A stretch of 63,394 nt of DNA from Paraphysomonas bandaiensis (taxonomy: Eukaryota > Protista > Chrysophyceae): contig CBFFRP010000179.1 of NCBI GenBank assembly GCA_965644295.1, positions 1 through 63,394 of the forward strand, read 5' to 3'. Under the pieces are notes generated by a model that was given only the letters and a program-made list of their open reading frames with translations, was not told the origin of the DNA and searched no databases. Position 1 is the first letter of the stretch. Each line of letters begins with the position of its first letter. This document shows positions 26,659-39,350 of this stretch, one piece after another. Made by a program: the position numbers and the translations under genes.

Positions 26659-27324
26659 ATTTGAGGTAATATTCCCTCAATATGTGGCTATATAGTATGA
26701 CTATGTGTGACACGGTGGTATTAAGAGGTCAGCATCCCCATGAATTGAAGATCTCTCTATATAACCCCCCTACCAATCGACGTAGTCCGTGGGTCTATGT
26801 TGGGTAAATTTTTGTATTGGAATACACTTCATATCTTGACTAGACACTTGAGTGGAACTGAAATTAAATGGAGTTTTGAGGGGTTTTTTTAATAGGGTGG
26901 TTGGAATATAGGGGGAATAGAGAATTTAGGGAATAGAAATTAGGGAATTTGAGTGGAAAAATGGGTGATGGATGTTGAAAATAGGGATCATAGGGTGGGA
27001 ATGTAACGAATAGAAGAGAAGAGAAGGAATAGAATTATCTAATTTTTGCATAGAAAATTGATTTTTATAGTTAAATAATGGAGAATTGATTTCTAGATTC
27101 CAATTTCCAACATTTTAATTGTAAAGGCTAATAAAAAGCATAGTTTGAATATACAGGTACATCTGTACCTGCTGTCTCTATGTATCAGTACAGATGTATT
27201 TGTATGTATATATATGTATGTACGTGGGAATGGCCTCATAAGATCTACTGCACTGCACTGGCTTTCCACACTCTACCATACCATAATATTAACAAGGTCT
27301 TCTATACACAATCACACATCCATC

Positions 27325-29011
27325 ATGCTCTATCTATCTCTCCTCTTATATCTCTTCCTACCTATCCATACATACACACACAGCCCCTCCTCTACCATCC
27401 AGCTATCTACAGACGATACAGGCATACTCACCTCTCCTTCGAACCCCATAATTAAACTAAACACACATGAACTCTCCTCATTATTCACTCAACTAGACAG
27501 CCAATCAGATCATTCATTAGATAATCAGTTGAGTGTATTAATCATATGGACATCTGACACATGTATAACATGCGATGCACACGTATCTCATATACAAACA
27601 CTTATATCACAACAAACATATGAGAATCTATCGATTGTTATCACTGAAATAAATGAATCGGATTCTGATACTGATATCATTACTGAAAGATTTAACATTC
27701 AAAGCTATCCGAGTTTTACGATATGGCGTGGTCAAACAGGACATGTTATCACAACACCTCATTTGGATGAAGCAGTATCAGCTTTGTATAGCAATAGTAT
27801 TGAACTGAGAGAAGAGAATATCGTTCATGATTTAGGCAGTGTCAAGAGCCTGACAATGGATAACAGTCGAGACCAACTCCTCTCCCGTTCCGTCTCTATC
27901 GTTATTGTCAGCAGTCTAGAGAAGGGTACAACTGGCATTTTAGAGGCAGCAATGGATGCATCTGAGGCACTGCAGTCGGATGACGATTTGCAGCATCTGA
28001 CTCAAATTTTGCATCTTGACTCACGGTCTCCGAACTGTAGTATTATGGTTGGAGGATGGCGAGTGCAAGGAAGCGAAATTCCAGTATGTAGCAGAGAAAA
28101 CGCGTGGGTATTTCACTGGCGTGACAATACTCTGACAGTCTCTCTACAAGATGCTATCATTAACTTAAAGGGAGATGTCGTGGAGTCTGTGCACGATCTT
28201 ACAAGCCAGAATATAGCTGACGTAGCCAGGGCGCTGGTGCACCTAGACCTAACTTACTTAAGGTAGAGAAAATGCTGCACCCACTTGTGCTTGGTAACAT
28301 TCATAATTTTGACATCATAGTGAGGGTATGCCTGCGGTTTTAGAACCGATGGGAGCAGACATATGGGACGTACATGGGTTGTATTCGCTACTGAGTCGTC
28401 CTGTCGGCCTGACAACACCATCTGGAACCGCTGGGGCAACCGTAGTACTAGTATATGACAAGGGTGGCTACGTCCACAGCAGACACCCAGTAACGCGTGA
28501 GATGGCCAATCAGGAAGCCTTAGCCGCCACGCATCGAGCCTTGAAAACTTTTAGCCAGACTGCTAAGATTCTGCGTGAGCATTTTCCTTACCTTTCTCTG
28601 CTCCGCTTGGATCGCATGGAAGAGCGGGACTATCAGCAAATGGATGCGATGCACCTTCTGGGACTGGAAGAAGTCCCGGCTGTAGTGATGTTTGTAGGTG
28701 AGTACTACGAGATGTCATAAACTTGTGTTTAATTGAATACCTTCCCTGCTTTCTCTCTTTTTGCGACAGAGGACTCAGAATATGAACGCGTTCCATTTGT
28801 TTTTCGAAGTGATCTAGTGACTGACGCCTCAGCCCTTGCAGCAGCTGTGCAGAGAGCACTGGAAAAAGGGTTTGATTCAAAATATAGAGGAGGGTCCTCG
28901 CGTAGTTTTCATGCTCGCCCGCCTCCTCAGATACTAAACGCATCGGATATGGCTCCGGAGGAGCTCAATAAATATCTTAAGAAGACTCCTAGAAGATCTA
29001 AAAAGGTATAG
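27325..29011 (+). CDS. Secreted thioredoxin-fold (PDI-like) protein, multi-exon
   Basis: Hydrophobic signal MLYLSLLLYLFLP; W..CITC CxxC motif and FNIQSYPSF cis-Pro motif; introns at ~28263-28320 and ~28698-28769. Confidence 0.6.
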
Positions 29012-29230
29012 ACTTACATTTGACAAACTTATAGTTGATCAGTGGACGAATATATTATAGTATAAATAGAGTGTTGGTATAACGTAATAAATAGCGCAAT
29101 TAGCAATTGTAGTATATAAATTTCTTGATGGAGCTTATATACCTTCTTCGATTCTGCAAACAAACTTTCAAACCAAAAGTACACTTCTACTATTTTTATC
29201 ACAAACAGCACCCTACATAAAACATATTCT

Positions 29231-29418
29231 TGAATGTCTTTTTATTTAGCAATAGGCGTTAAAAACTCGTTCCGATATAGTGGCTAGTTTAATGCTAGAC
29301 CTACTAGTTAGCTAGTTAGACCTCTACCCGTAACTAATCAGCACGAATTCTATTATATCCTACTATATTTAGCGCTACAGAAGCTGCTTGTGCGTCGCCG
29401 CAAGCACCAAGGTGCAAA
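29231..29418 (-). mobile_element. LINE 3'-tail copy
   Basis: Strong similarity to 6205-6380 (TTAGCAATAGGCGTT...TACCCGTAACTAATCA...GCTGCTTGTGCGTCGCCGCAAGCACCAAGGTGCAA). Confidence 0.8.
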
Positions 29419-29659
29419 TACATAAAACTTAAAACTACACTCTTACTTATCATATTTCCGGGTATATATCGTTACTAAACCGTGTGGTACAGTTTCTTCT
29501 GTCGGTCTTAACTGCTAGCTCAGATGACGCTATATAAATTTCGTTTCAATAAGATTATTTTATAGAATACGGGCTGTATACTAGAGTAGCTCATCATAGA
29601 TCATAGAGTCACGTAGATCATTAGCAATAAAGGAGTAGTATAGCTCATTAGTACAGCGG

Positions 29660-30071
29660 TGCCTCAAATTCAGACTTTTACCTCGGAACACTACCCTCCC
29701 ATCCGCATAACTCTGGCCCCTACCCCAAAGGGCGCCCCCCTGATTAACCGCACCTCTATTGACACTAAGGACTACACGTCTACCGTCTACACATCCATGG
29801 GAAGCCTTCACACTTACTTAAAGACTCACAATTCTGAAGACAGCAGATGTCAAGTATATCAACATTCTTCTTTCTCACTGCGTTTGCTTTGAGCAATCGT
29901 TCACCTTAGTGACAGAGAGCGAAAGTGATTGCACCTTGGTGCTTGCGGTGACGCACAAGCAGCTTTCGTAGCGCTAAATAGTAAATAGCAGGATATCAGA
30001 TTTAAGCACAAGTTCGTAGTTTAATTGTTTTGCCAAATTAGTTCTTTTGCTGATAATAAGACATTCACTAC
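29660..30071 (+). mobile_element. 5'-truncated LINE/SINE copy (related subfamily)
   Basis: Contains TTGCACCTTGGTGCTTGCGGTGACGCACAAGCAGCTTTCGTAGCG and ends in AGACATTCACTAC. 29830-29930 is homologous to the reverse complement of 53040-53130. The 5' boundary is approximate. Confidence 0.7.
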
Positions 30072-30207
30072 AATAGTACAGGAGGTTATATTGAATGAAG
30101 GTAGGTTATAGGGTTATAAGTCATACTCTTTCTTCTTTTGAATGTTTCAATGGTTGAGATACATACTACATTATCTTTTAATAACACTCAGTTCTATATA
30201 TAGCAGT

Positions 30208-30598
30208 ACAGGTCATTAATGGGATACCGTTTACGGTCCATTAATGGTAGTGCAGTTCCCGGCAATTATAATGGCTTAATGACAAATGCCCCGGCAATTA
30301 TAATGGCATTACCATTAATGGCTCATTAATGCCATTACCATTAACGGTTACCAGGCCCTGGTATACATATGCTATGAAGTATACAGGATACAGGATACAT
30401 ATTTAACACATATTATACAAAAACACAGGACACTCAATAAATAGCCGAATATAAAAATTACTCTCTAAGACCTCCACTATTGATACCTTCATTATAATTT
30501 CCGGGACAATTTTCATTAATGCCATTATAATTGCCATTAATGCCGTTAACTGGAATACCATTAATGGGCCATGAACGATTAACGGTTACCAGGCCCTG
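30208..30598. mobile_element. Two hAT-like termini (family B, ...TAACGGTTACCAGGCCCTG) with CCATTAATGG subterminal repeats
   Basis: Same-orientation termini end at 30360 and 30598; the subterminal palindromes resemble those of the 49-52 kb hAT family. Confidence 0.6.
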
Positions 30599-31054
30599 CC
30601 CCCTGCCTCCAAATAGCTAAACACTCAACAGATGTTTATATTTGTATCTAGTATGTACATGAACGGGTAATATGAAACATGATTTTTAAAACGTTACTCC
30701 AACCTAACTGTGAAACTTTGTGATTTATGTGGCGATTAGATGCACTATTACTTCGTAATAAATTGACGGCCATATTGCACGGATACTGATTGGGCACTTA
30801 CATTTATTATATCTGTATTTGCATTTCATTGATTACTAGCTACATTTCGGCTACCCTTTCATTAATCACAGAAAGTTAATGCTATATTGCTCTATGCTCT
30901 AGTCGTACATATAACGAATAACCTATTTATTATACATTCAGAAAGGCTCGTATTTCACTACATTCTGCTCAACAGGTGCATTGCCAACACAAATACTAGA
31001 TCTGTATAGAGTACTTTCAACTGAAGAAAAGTTCAAAGTATTCTCCCGCCATCA

Positions 31055-31874
31055 TTATTTGCTTCGTTCCTCTTTATCCCTGCGCTCGAATTCATTCACT
31101 ATGCGCATTATTGGGTGCCGCTCAAGTGTCTGCATATCGTTCAACACCTTGCAAGAATTATGATTACACGAAAGTATAGAAAAAAAGTAGTACTCACTTT
31201 GGCGACGCCATACCGTAGTTGATTGAACTGATCTATAGACACTTCAAAAGTCTTGATAACACTGTTACTTAGAACCATCTGTGCACATTATATTAACTAT
31301 TGAGCTCCAAGAATTACCAATGACTCACCTGCATGAGGACTACAGGTCGAAGAACACGGCTAAGAGAGCCAGATGATATGATCACATCCACCCGCCATCT
31401 TAGCTTCTCCAGCCGAGGAAATCGGATTCTATGACACAACGCGGATGATTCCATCGAGGTCCGGGATGTCTGTATGACGCGCACGATCTCATCAGCGGCA
31501 GGTGCAGGACAATTCATCTTCAGTAAATCGCTATGAATGGAAGCACTCTTTGCTTTCTGTCGAATTGCTATTCGTATAATACTGTATAACCCAGTAAATA
31601 ATAGTCCATAGTCCATCCCTTCAATTTTACTGGCTCCGCGTTGCAATATTACCAGACTCTCATCTGAGACAGGCTCTCCATTAACCATAAGAACTACTTT
31701 ACTTAATGTATCGCTTAGAACTTCAGAAGGAGTTATGTGTAATAATGGTATGGTTTGTTTGACTTCATCTGGTATAGATGGGGCAAAATATGTGGATGTA
31801 TCGATACCTTTCGGTACTTTAGTGGGATCTTGAGTTGAGGCCGCTGTACGTCCAAACCCTTTAACTTTTGACAT
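31055..31874 (-). CDS. COMMD5: COMM domain-containing protein 5, 3 exons
   Basis: FPRLEKLRWRVDVIISSGSLSRVLRPVVLMQ|MVLSNSVIKTFEVSIDQFNQLRYGVAK|VLNDMQTLE matches the COMMD5 COMM domain; GT-AG introns. Confidence 0.88.
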
Positions 31875-32038
31875 GAATAGAGTAGATTGAGGGTGGGAAT
31901 TAATTGGGAAAGGGTGAGGTTATGTTATGAGTTGGATAGATGAGGATATTGTTTGGAGGTTATGACTATGCTCTGTGTGTATGAATATATGCATAGTGGC
32001 TGTATATGATATCCACGTATAGGCTGCTGCTTGTGAGT

Positions 32039-32212
32039 GTATGTATGTATGTATGTATGTATGTATGTAGAGGTGTATGTATGTATGTATGTATGTATGT
32101 ATGTATGTATGTATGTATGTATGTATGTATGTATGTATGTATGTATGTATGTATGTATGTATGTATGTATGTATGTATGTATGTATGTATGTATGTATGT
32201 ATGTATGTATGT
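32039..32212. repeat. (TATG)n microsatellite
   Basis: Directly visible, between COMMD5 (-) and the divergent IQ/PH gene (+). Confidence 0.97.
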
Positions 32213-32713
32213 AGTATACAGTATGTATTATTCTACTACCGTCTTCTATCCATGTTGTGGTGGAACGTTATACGTGGATATGCATGGACTTCGCCCGCAG
32301 CAGTATACACACACATGATGCATGGACTTCGTCCGGAGGATTTTCCTCCACAACATTTTTGTCACTTCATTTCAGTGTCCCCTCACTTCACACTTCATAT
32401 ATATATATATATAGCCGCCCTCATAGTCTCATAGTACATATATATACGCATCATATGCCTTCTATAAGACCATATGATGTCTACGTAATATCTCATAGTT
32501 AAGCACCACTATCTGTATATAACATCTTGTAGTTATATATATAGACATTGAGTGAACTGGAAGTGCTACGAGCATAACGGAGCATATTCCTGTCCCTTCC
32601 CATCACCGAGGACTACCTCTTATTCAATACAATCCTCTCTATTATCCATTAGATCATATGATCGACTATGTTTACTAAATCGCTATATATTCTACTTACT
32701 GACTATCTTGAAT

Positions 32714-35700
32714 ATGATGCAACGGATTCAATCATCCCCTCAAAGGGTCCCTTCCAAGCGGATACGTTCCACATCATCACATCCTCATATGGCATTAGAT
32801 CGAGCCATAAGATCTCAAGGGTATCAGAATGGTATGTCTTCATGGGAGATTGATGCCTTTATCGAGACTTTCGAGAGAGGAGGGTCTCTATCTGATGCCT
32901 ATCGTATACTCACTGCTTACTCCAGTCTTCAAAGCGACGTATCGAAGCTAGTTCATAAACGGGCTTCGTATATTAGCAAGTTAGTTTCTATACTCTGTAG
33001 TAAGGGTACTGAGACAAGATTTGAATTACAATACATAGTATCTAAAATTGCAGAATATTCTCTTAAGGTGTGGATTGCAGTTTGTCGGTTGCGACAGTTG
33101 CAATGGAGCCCGCAACCGATCATGATTTCTTCAGTCTCAGATCCTAACTCATCCAATAACTTTATATTTGTATTCAAGAAGGATATCGCCCTCGTGCTTG
33201 ACGTGGCAAGAAAGAATGATGTGCGCTTTATTGATTATGATGTCGACCCAATGCACCTCATCGTAATGTTGACAACTTCAGCTGCTGAGTCATCGACAGA
33301 TCCCCAAGTTTTGAAAGAACTCTTGAGTTCTAGCATTATTACTAATGAAAGCTTCAAGAGTTCTGATGACATTAACGTGGAAAGTCAAATGTCTCCGTAT
33401 CGTGAACTCATAGAAGTGATGCGAGCAGTAAGTTGGGAGGAGGCTTCTGCGGATAGCACTTGGCAAGCCTTTGCCTCCATAAAGAGTGGATCTGAAAATA
33501 TGCACAACCGCGCTGACATGTTTCCAGTGTTACGGGTTCAGTACGGTGCAGTTCCTCCCCCTTCATGTATGTTTAGCTCGGATTCCCCTGGTGTATATTG
33601 TCGTGCCTGCCGGGTATTATTGGAGTTCTTTTACTCGAAGTTCTTTCCATTATCGAAACGTGCAAATGAAGACTCTCATGAGGTGGTGGTTAGACTCCTG
33701 CTTCGTGTAAGTACGTCTGCTAGGGAGACATCCAGTGTACCGCTTGCTCTTACTAATGAGAGAACTGAAATACCAGACATCAAGCGAGCAGGACAGAAGA
33801 TGAAAGTCTACTCTACAATGCGTCCCCACACTTCTCCTTCTACACGGCACTCTCAAAAGGATGAAAAGGTTAGGGACCATGGCAACCAAGTACCGACCAC
33901 AACTCAAGAAAAGAAGAAAAATAGGTATAGTTGCGATGAGCTCACGAAAATATCGAAGAGCTCGGTCCGGGATGTTTCCTATGAAACTGAAAACATTGGT
34001 GAGATGAAGGAGCAGGGGATAGACAAAATTGATTCTCAAACGCTGAAACAACCGGAAATAAAAAATCAAGTGCCTTCGAGATTGAAAATTAATGAACACA
34101 AAGCTTTGGAGGAAGTTTCCTCCAATAGTCACTCGGGAAATGCCTCTATATTGCGTCCGTATAGCGTACCCTCCGAAATTACTATTGAGGTATGTCAGGT
34201 TATTGTTATTCAAAGCAATTCTGACACAGATATGTTTGCAGGACATACCCCATACGCCATCCACTCAATCCCAACCAGGGGGTGTTGTTGCCGGTGTGGA
34301 GGACGTCAGTACACAATCTTGCAAGCCTGTAAGGCCTGTCTCACGCCCTACGAGAGGATCAAGACTAAGAAGTGCCCAGCCCAGTGGATTTCGGCGGGTT
34401 AACCGACAACGCGAACAGTGCGTGACCCTTATGTTGCAGTCTGTAGCTTCTAAGGACCTTCTATTGGTTCTGGAACGGGTCAGTTACAAAAGCGACTGTA
34501 ATAAACACAGAATATTAGTGCGGGGGTTCCTCCCAGATTGCCCTCTTACAACCATGCGCGACTGCATAATAGGGGATGAGTTGCTGACAGTTGCCGGAAC
34601 TTCTGTTGAAGGGCGATACGTCAAGGACGTATACAAGGCCCTTAGTAACACAACTACATCTGTGCGACCTACAAGTGCCATACAGCACCCGAAGATTGTA
34701 GTGCAAGTGCGCCGATACTATGACAATTGGGAGGAGTATGCTGACCGATCAGATACCGCCTCTGTCACCAGTTATTCGCGCGCGAGAAATGAAACTCTAT
34801 CTCAGGTGGACAATAGTGACGTCAAACCTCTTCATGACTATGAAAACCAGATTCTGCAATTAAAAAATGAGCTCAAAGAAGCTGAAAGTAATGTAACTGC
34901 TAGCGATGAAAAGGGATTTTTGGCGGCTAAGGAATATCTCCTTAGGAAGTTTGACGAGCTGCAGGAGGTACAACAGGGATATCTTGAGGCAAAGACACGA
35001 TTTCACTCAACTAGTGATCCGTCTTTGACTAAAAGGAACACATCTCACAGTGTTTCAGAAGCAGTGCGGACAGCTAGTTCTTCCCATGAAATGAGTGATT
35101 ATTCGAATACGACACCTTTAAAAGTTTCTCTCAGACGTTCGAAATCTGGCAAACACTCTAAAACAGTGGTGCCACCACACTTGGCGCGAGCTAATGTGAT
35201 GTCTTCAAAACCACAACGTGTATCTGTGGAATTCAATCATTGTAGTACAAGAGTAGTTGATGCAGCTCCCACATCTCACTTGGCTCGACCCCAACCATCG
35301 GGGTATAGAAATCAATATGTATATACTCAATCCGTACCTACCAGCCAACAACAGCTTGGCTCGTGCGTATTGAAACCATTGCGCAATACTTCCGCGGTTG
35401 TTCCGACCACACTGAGAGATGCGCTTCATCAGGTCAACAGGAAATATAAGGCGAAAGGTGTGCGCAAGCAGTCTGCAGTGAAGATAGCGGTGTGGTGGAA
35501 GCTAGTTCTCCCGCAGAAAAAGTTACAGCACAGGCTATGGATATGTAACCTGTGTCGGGAATGGATATATGAACTGCTAGATAAATCTGTGGAAAAGGGT
35601 ATTCGTGCTGTGAGGCTACGAAATCATATGATGAGACATGGGGCTGCTGTAAAGTTGCAGAAACAGTTCAGAAACTGGAGGTTAAATGTGCTAAAGTTCT

Positions 35701-38195
35701 ATGTACGCATACAACGACATTGGAAGAGAATACTGGCGCAAAGAGCTGTGCGACGACTTGTGACTATAACTCGTGCTGCGACCCTTGTTGCTAGGTATCT
35801 GTTTAAGAGAAAACTGAGACTCAGGGAGCCAGTCGGGAAGAGACGACTATATAGTCGTGTCATTCGACATTTTATGGAATGTGTTGGGTTTAGAGTTAGA
35901 GATAAGAAGCAAAAAGAAGTGTTTAAGAAGATTGAATCTGCTCCTAGACACTGGACCAGGAATGGGTATTCAATGCGAGAACTTGGTAGGCGACACGATT
36001 TATTCCTTAAGCGATTCAACGCGTGCTTAAAGATCCAGTCTCTTTTCCGAATGAAGCTAGCATCGGTTTTTGTCGCCGAGTATCGAAGGGAAGTACATAC
36101 TAGACGAAATTTAGTCGTATCAATGTGTGGTGTGAAACTGTGTCGCAAGCTCCACCACAGACGTCGGAAAGTTTCTGCTGCAGTAACGTTACAACGCGTG
36201 TGGAGAGGGGCGAGTTCACGCTGGAAGTTAATGATACGCGTGCTGGCGGGTATAAAAATAAATACGTGCTGGCGCAAGTACAGGCAATACTGGAAGCTGA
36301 AGCGCTGTATTCGAAGAACAGAAGTACCAGTGCAAATAGTATTACATGGGGTCAGGGAGTTGCCTGCGAATTTGGTATTGTCAAAAACTGTTAAGGTTCG
36401 CGTGTCAGTATGGTGGGCTAGTTTGCTTCATCTAGTTGAGCAGGATGACTTTAAGACAGTGATTGAAACCAAGCAGCCTAACATTGTCCGGACCACTTCT
36501 CTCTACGAGTGTGTTGAACAGCCCCGAGTAGACCCCCCGATATCTCCCCTAAAGTTTCAAAATTCCAGCGTGCCAACTTCACCCGTGAAACACAATATAA
36601 ATCACAGGAAACTATCTCTCTCACAGACTGCTTACATTTTGCGAAATAAAGAGAGTGGGCGAACGAAAACTGCGGCGGACAAATTAGCAGAATTTGCGAG
36701 GATACATGGTACTCGCGGAGCAAATATTAGGATGGGCGGGTCGTACGACGACTATAAATTAAACAAGCCTGGCAATGCTCGCGTCAAAAAAGCCTTTCAG
36801 AATGCTGTGAAAAAGTCACTAATAATACAAAGTGCGTCCTCTTCACAGGACAACAATGACCAACTCAAGGAAGAAGAATCGGACAGTGATAGCAGTAGCA
36901 GTAGCAGCAGCGATAGTGAGTCTGTACGCGAATCACGCGACAATTCCGGTGCCGGATCCCTGAATATAAGTAATGACAGCATTGGTCGAGAGTGTATAAA
37001 TACACTAGGTTCTAACCTCATAGGAAGTGTAGCTCCAAAGAGCAGAACAATGCTGTTTACACAACCCAGCAGTAAAGATTTCGCGGCTGCTAGTATCCTC
37101 CGAACAACATGTCTGAAGCCCGTATTGAAAACTCCCACTCCGAAGCCGAATGCTATGAATTTGTTGAGTAGAAAAACTTTAAGCACAGTATTTAGTGGGC
37201 GTTCAATGTTTGAGTCATACAGAGGCTTTGATAGAAGTTCACATGACACAGTTGTTCAGAAAGATGTAAAATATACTGTAGATCTACAAGATGAAACTCT
37301 GTACATACCAGGTTGTCACGGAAACTCTGTGATACGCTTCGACTTTTTCGATGGAGAGTAAGTAATTACTTGTACATAAAGGATGTGTTTTTAACTTTTG
37401 AAGTAGAAGAAAAATTGGGACCAATACTTTCCTTTTGTCGTCTGATCAGAGTCTAATGTTTTGGGGAGGAGAGATGACACGTAAAGTGGATGTGAATACA
37501 ACGAAGAAGAATGTAGTTTTAGGAAAGAAGTCTTTTCCAGTAGAGCGATCTCGTTTGGGTATGTCTCAAGCTTGCCCTCTGTTTGAAGTTCGTGTGGCAG
37601 CTGGAGCCGCTTTCCGGTCCAGGTTGGTGCCGTCTCTATAAATGATTGTCACATCCATGTGGTTTTAATATATTATTATCATTAGATGTGGGTGGGCTAT
37701 GGTGAGTTTTCGTGGTAGTGGTCCAATGAAACGTCGAAATAAAACAAAGGGCATATTGAAGAGTCTCTTGGAGAGTTGGGATAACATGTATATTTCAATG
37801 GATGGAGAAATTCTATTTTTCTATACCTCCAAGAGCGCTGCCGAGCCAACGGCTGTGCTGTCACTTGGGCAAGTAAAGAGCATTCACATGGACTTAGCCG
37901 AATCCACTGGAAATAATGTCAATGCAAGGAAGGGAACAAAGTACGTAGAAGATAAGTTCGTCGTCGTACTAACTACACAAGGTCGAGATGTTATACACCT
38001 CAGGTATTCACTGCACCATAATCATTGTCGTTATTGTTTAAGAATTTGCTCAGGTTCCAGGACTCAATGGCACGAGAGAATTGGGTACGAACTCTTGTGT
38101 ACGCCGTAGACTACAACAGAGACTCTTTATTAAAGAAGCTGCCTGGGAATGTGCGTGACCATTCTGGAAGTCAGGATAGGTCACGTCGACGATAG
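32714..38195 (+). CDS. Large multi-exon protein with PDZ-like segment, several IQ motifs and a C-terminal PH domain
   Basis: ORFs 32552-34402, 34092-37361, 37435-37641 and 37699-38109 are linked by GT-AG introns. IGDELLTVAG is PDZ-like; LQKQFR, IQRHWK, IQSLFR and LQRVWRG are IQ motifs; W..MYISMDGEILFFYTSK..RF..RENWVRTL is PH. Start codon uncertain. Confidence 0.75.
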
Positions 38196-38578
38196 ATTCG
38201 ATCATTGAAATTTATAAATATATGGTATTGTATGCATTGTATATTACGGCATTTTTCTGTTTTTCTGATAGCTTCCGTATTTCATATGGCACCGTTTGAA
38301 AGCTAAGTTTACATATTAGCTATTGATTCTTCTTCAAGATACAGTATTATTATGACTAAAGTATTTGGTAGCAATTTTGCCAGTTTTTTTTTTTTAATAT
38401 TTGTAATGTAAATTGTATAATATATATCGTGTTAAATATTCATGTTAAATATTTGTACATAAACTTTCTTCTACTATCTATTTCAGTTAAATAAGTTTAT
38501 CTTTTACAGTCACTGAGAGTGAGTAGCGGTCGATTAACAGTTTTTATCACGCTAATGCTGTCAACAAGCAGATACAAC

Positions 38579-39350
38579 CAGGGTTCGGTAACAATATATT
38601 GCAATGTTGCAGTATATTGTAAAATATATTGATTGGTGGACCGGCAAAATATTCCATCAATACATCAATATTGTTTCTGTTAAAGTAGCTCACAATAGTA
38701 TTGCAATATATTGCCATATCCATAAAACTTCTTAACAGTAGGGTGCAATATATAAGTCCATGTACATAAATATCCGGAAAATAAGTAAAAGCCTATTTTT
38801 GATGTTGCTTTCAAGGTGTTATGTATCGCCAGCTCAAACAATACTCTACACCTCTACATGTGACATGTATGTACTGTAATTCTCTTAATGTAATATAGAT
38901 ATCATAGTGATAGTGATATATCCTCTATCTGCTTTAACGAAAACAATTCCATTGTTTATTGATCCAAATTTTGAGAATAAAATTTTAAAACTCCAAGCAA
39001 AACTCCTACTGCACATAATATTCTATTGTTTTTGAAAAGGCTGATCGACAGTTGTGGCCGGATGCAAGCATATTTTAATCAGTATTGGACGAATATGGTG
39101 ATGTTGACGTCACCGATGATGGCTCAAAGGATGAGTATGAGGAAATTAGTTAGAAGTAGTGGGTTTGATTATCAAGTGACCTTATAATAACAAGTACTAA
39201 TAATTGAAGTTACTATTTTGTTTACTTACTGATTAAAGATACGAAAATATTGTTGCAAAAGTGTTGTTAGGCCGGTTTAAACACTCTTTCAAAACTATTG
39301 ATGGAACGCTATCTAAGAATAGTATTGCAATATATATTTCCCTTTCCCTG
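38579..39350 (+). mobile_element. Older non-autonomous hAT copy (family A)
   Basis: Degenerate TIRs CAGGGTTCGGTAACAATATATTG and TATATTTCCCTTTCCCTG; near-perfect 8-bp TSD GATACAAC/CATACAAC; internal similarity to 20750-21567. Confidence 0.85.

Noticed and set aside
8762-31874. VPS35, TVP18-like and COMMD5 as an endosomal trafficking gene cluster
   Set aside because: They are separated by unrelated genes over more than 20 kb; chance is sufficient without synteny evidence.
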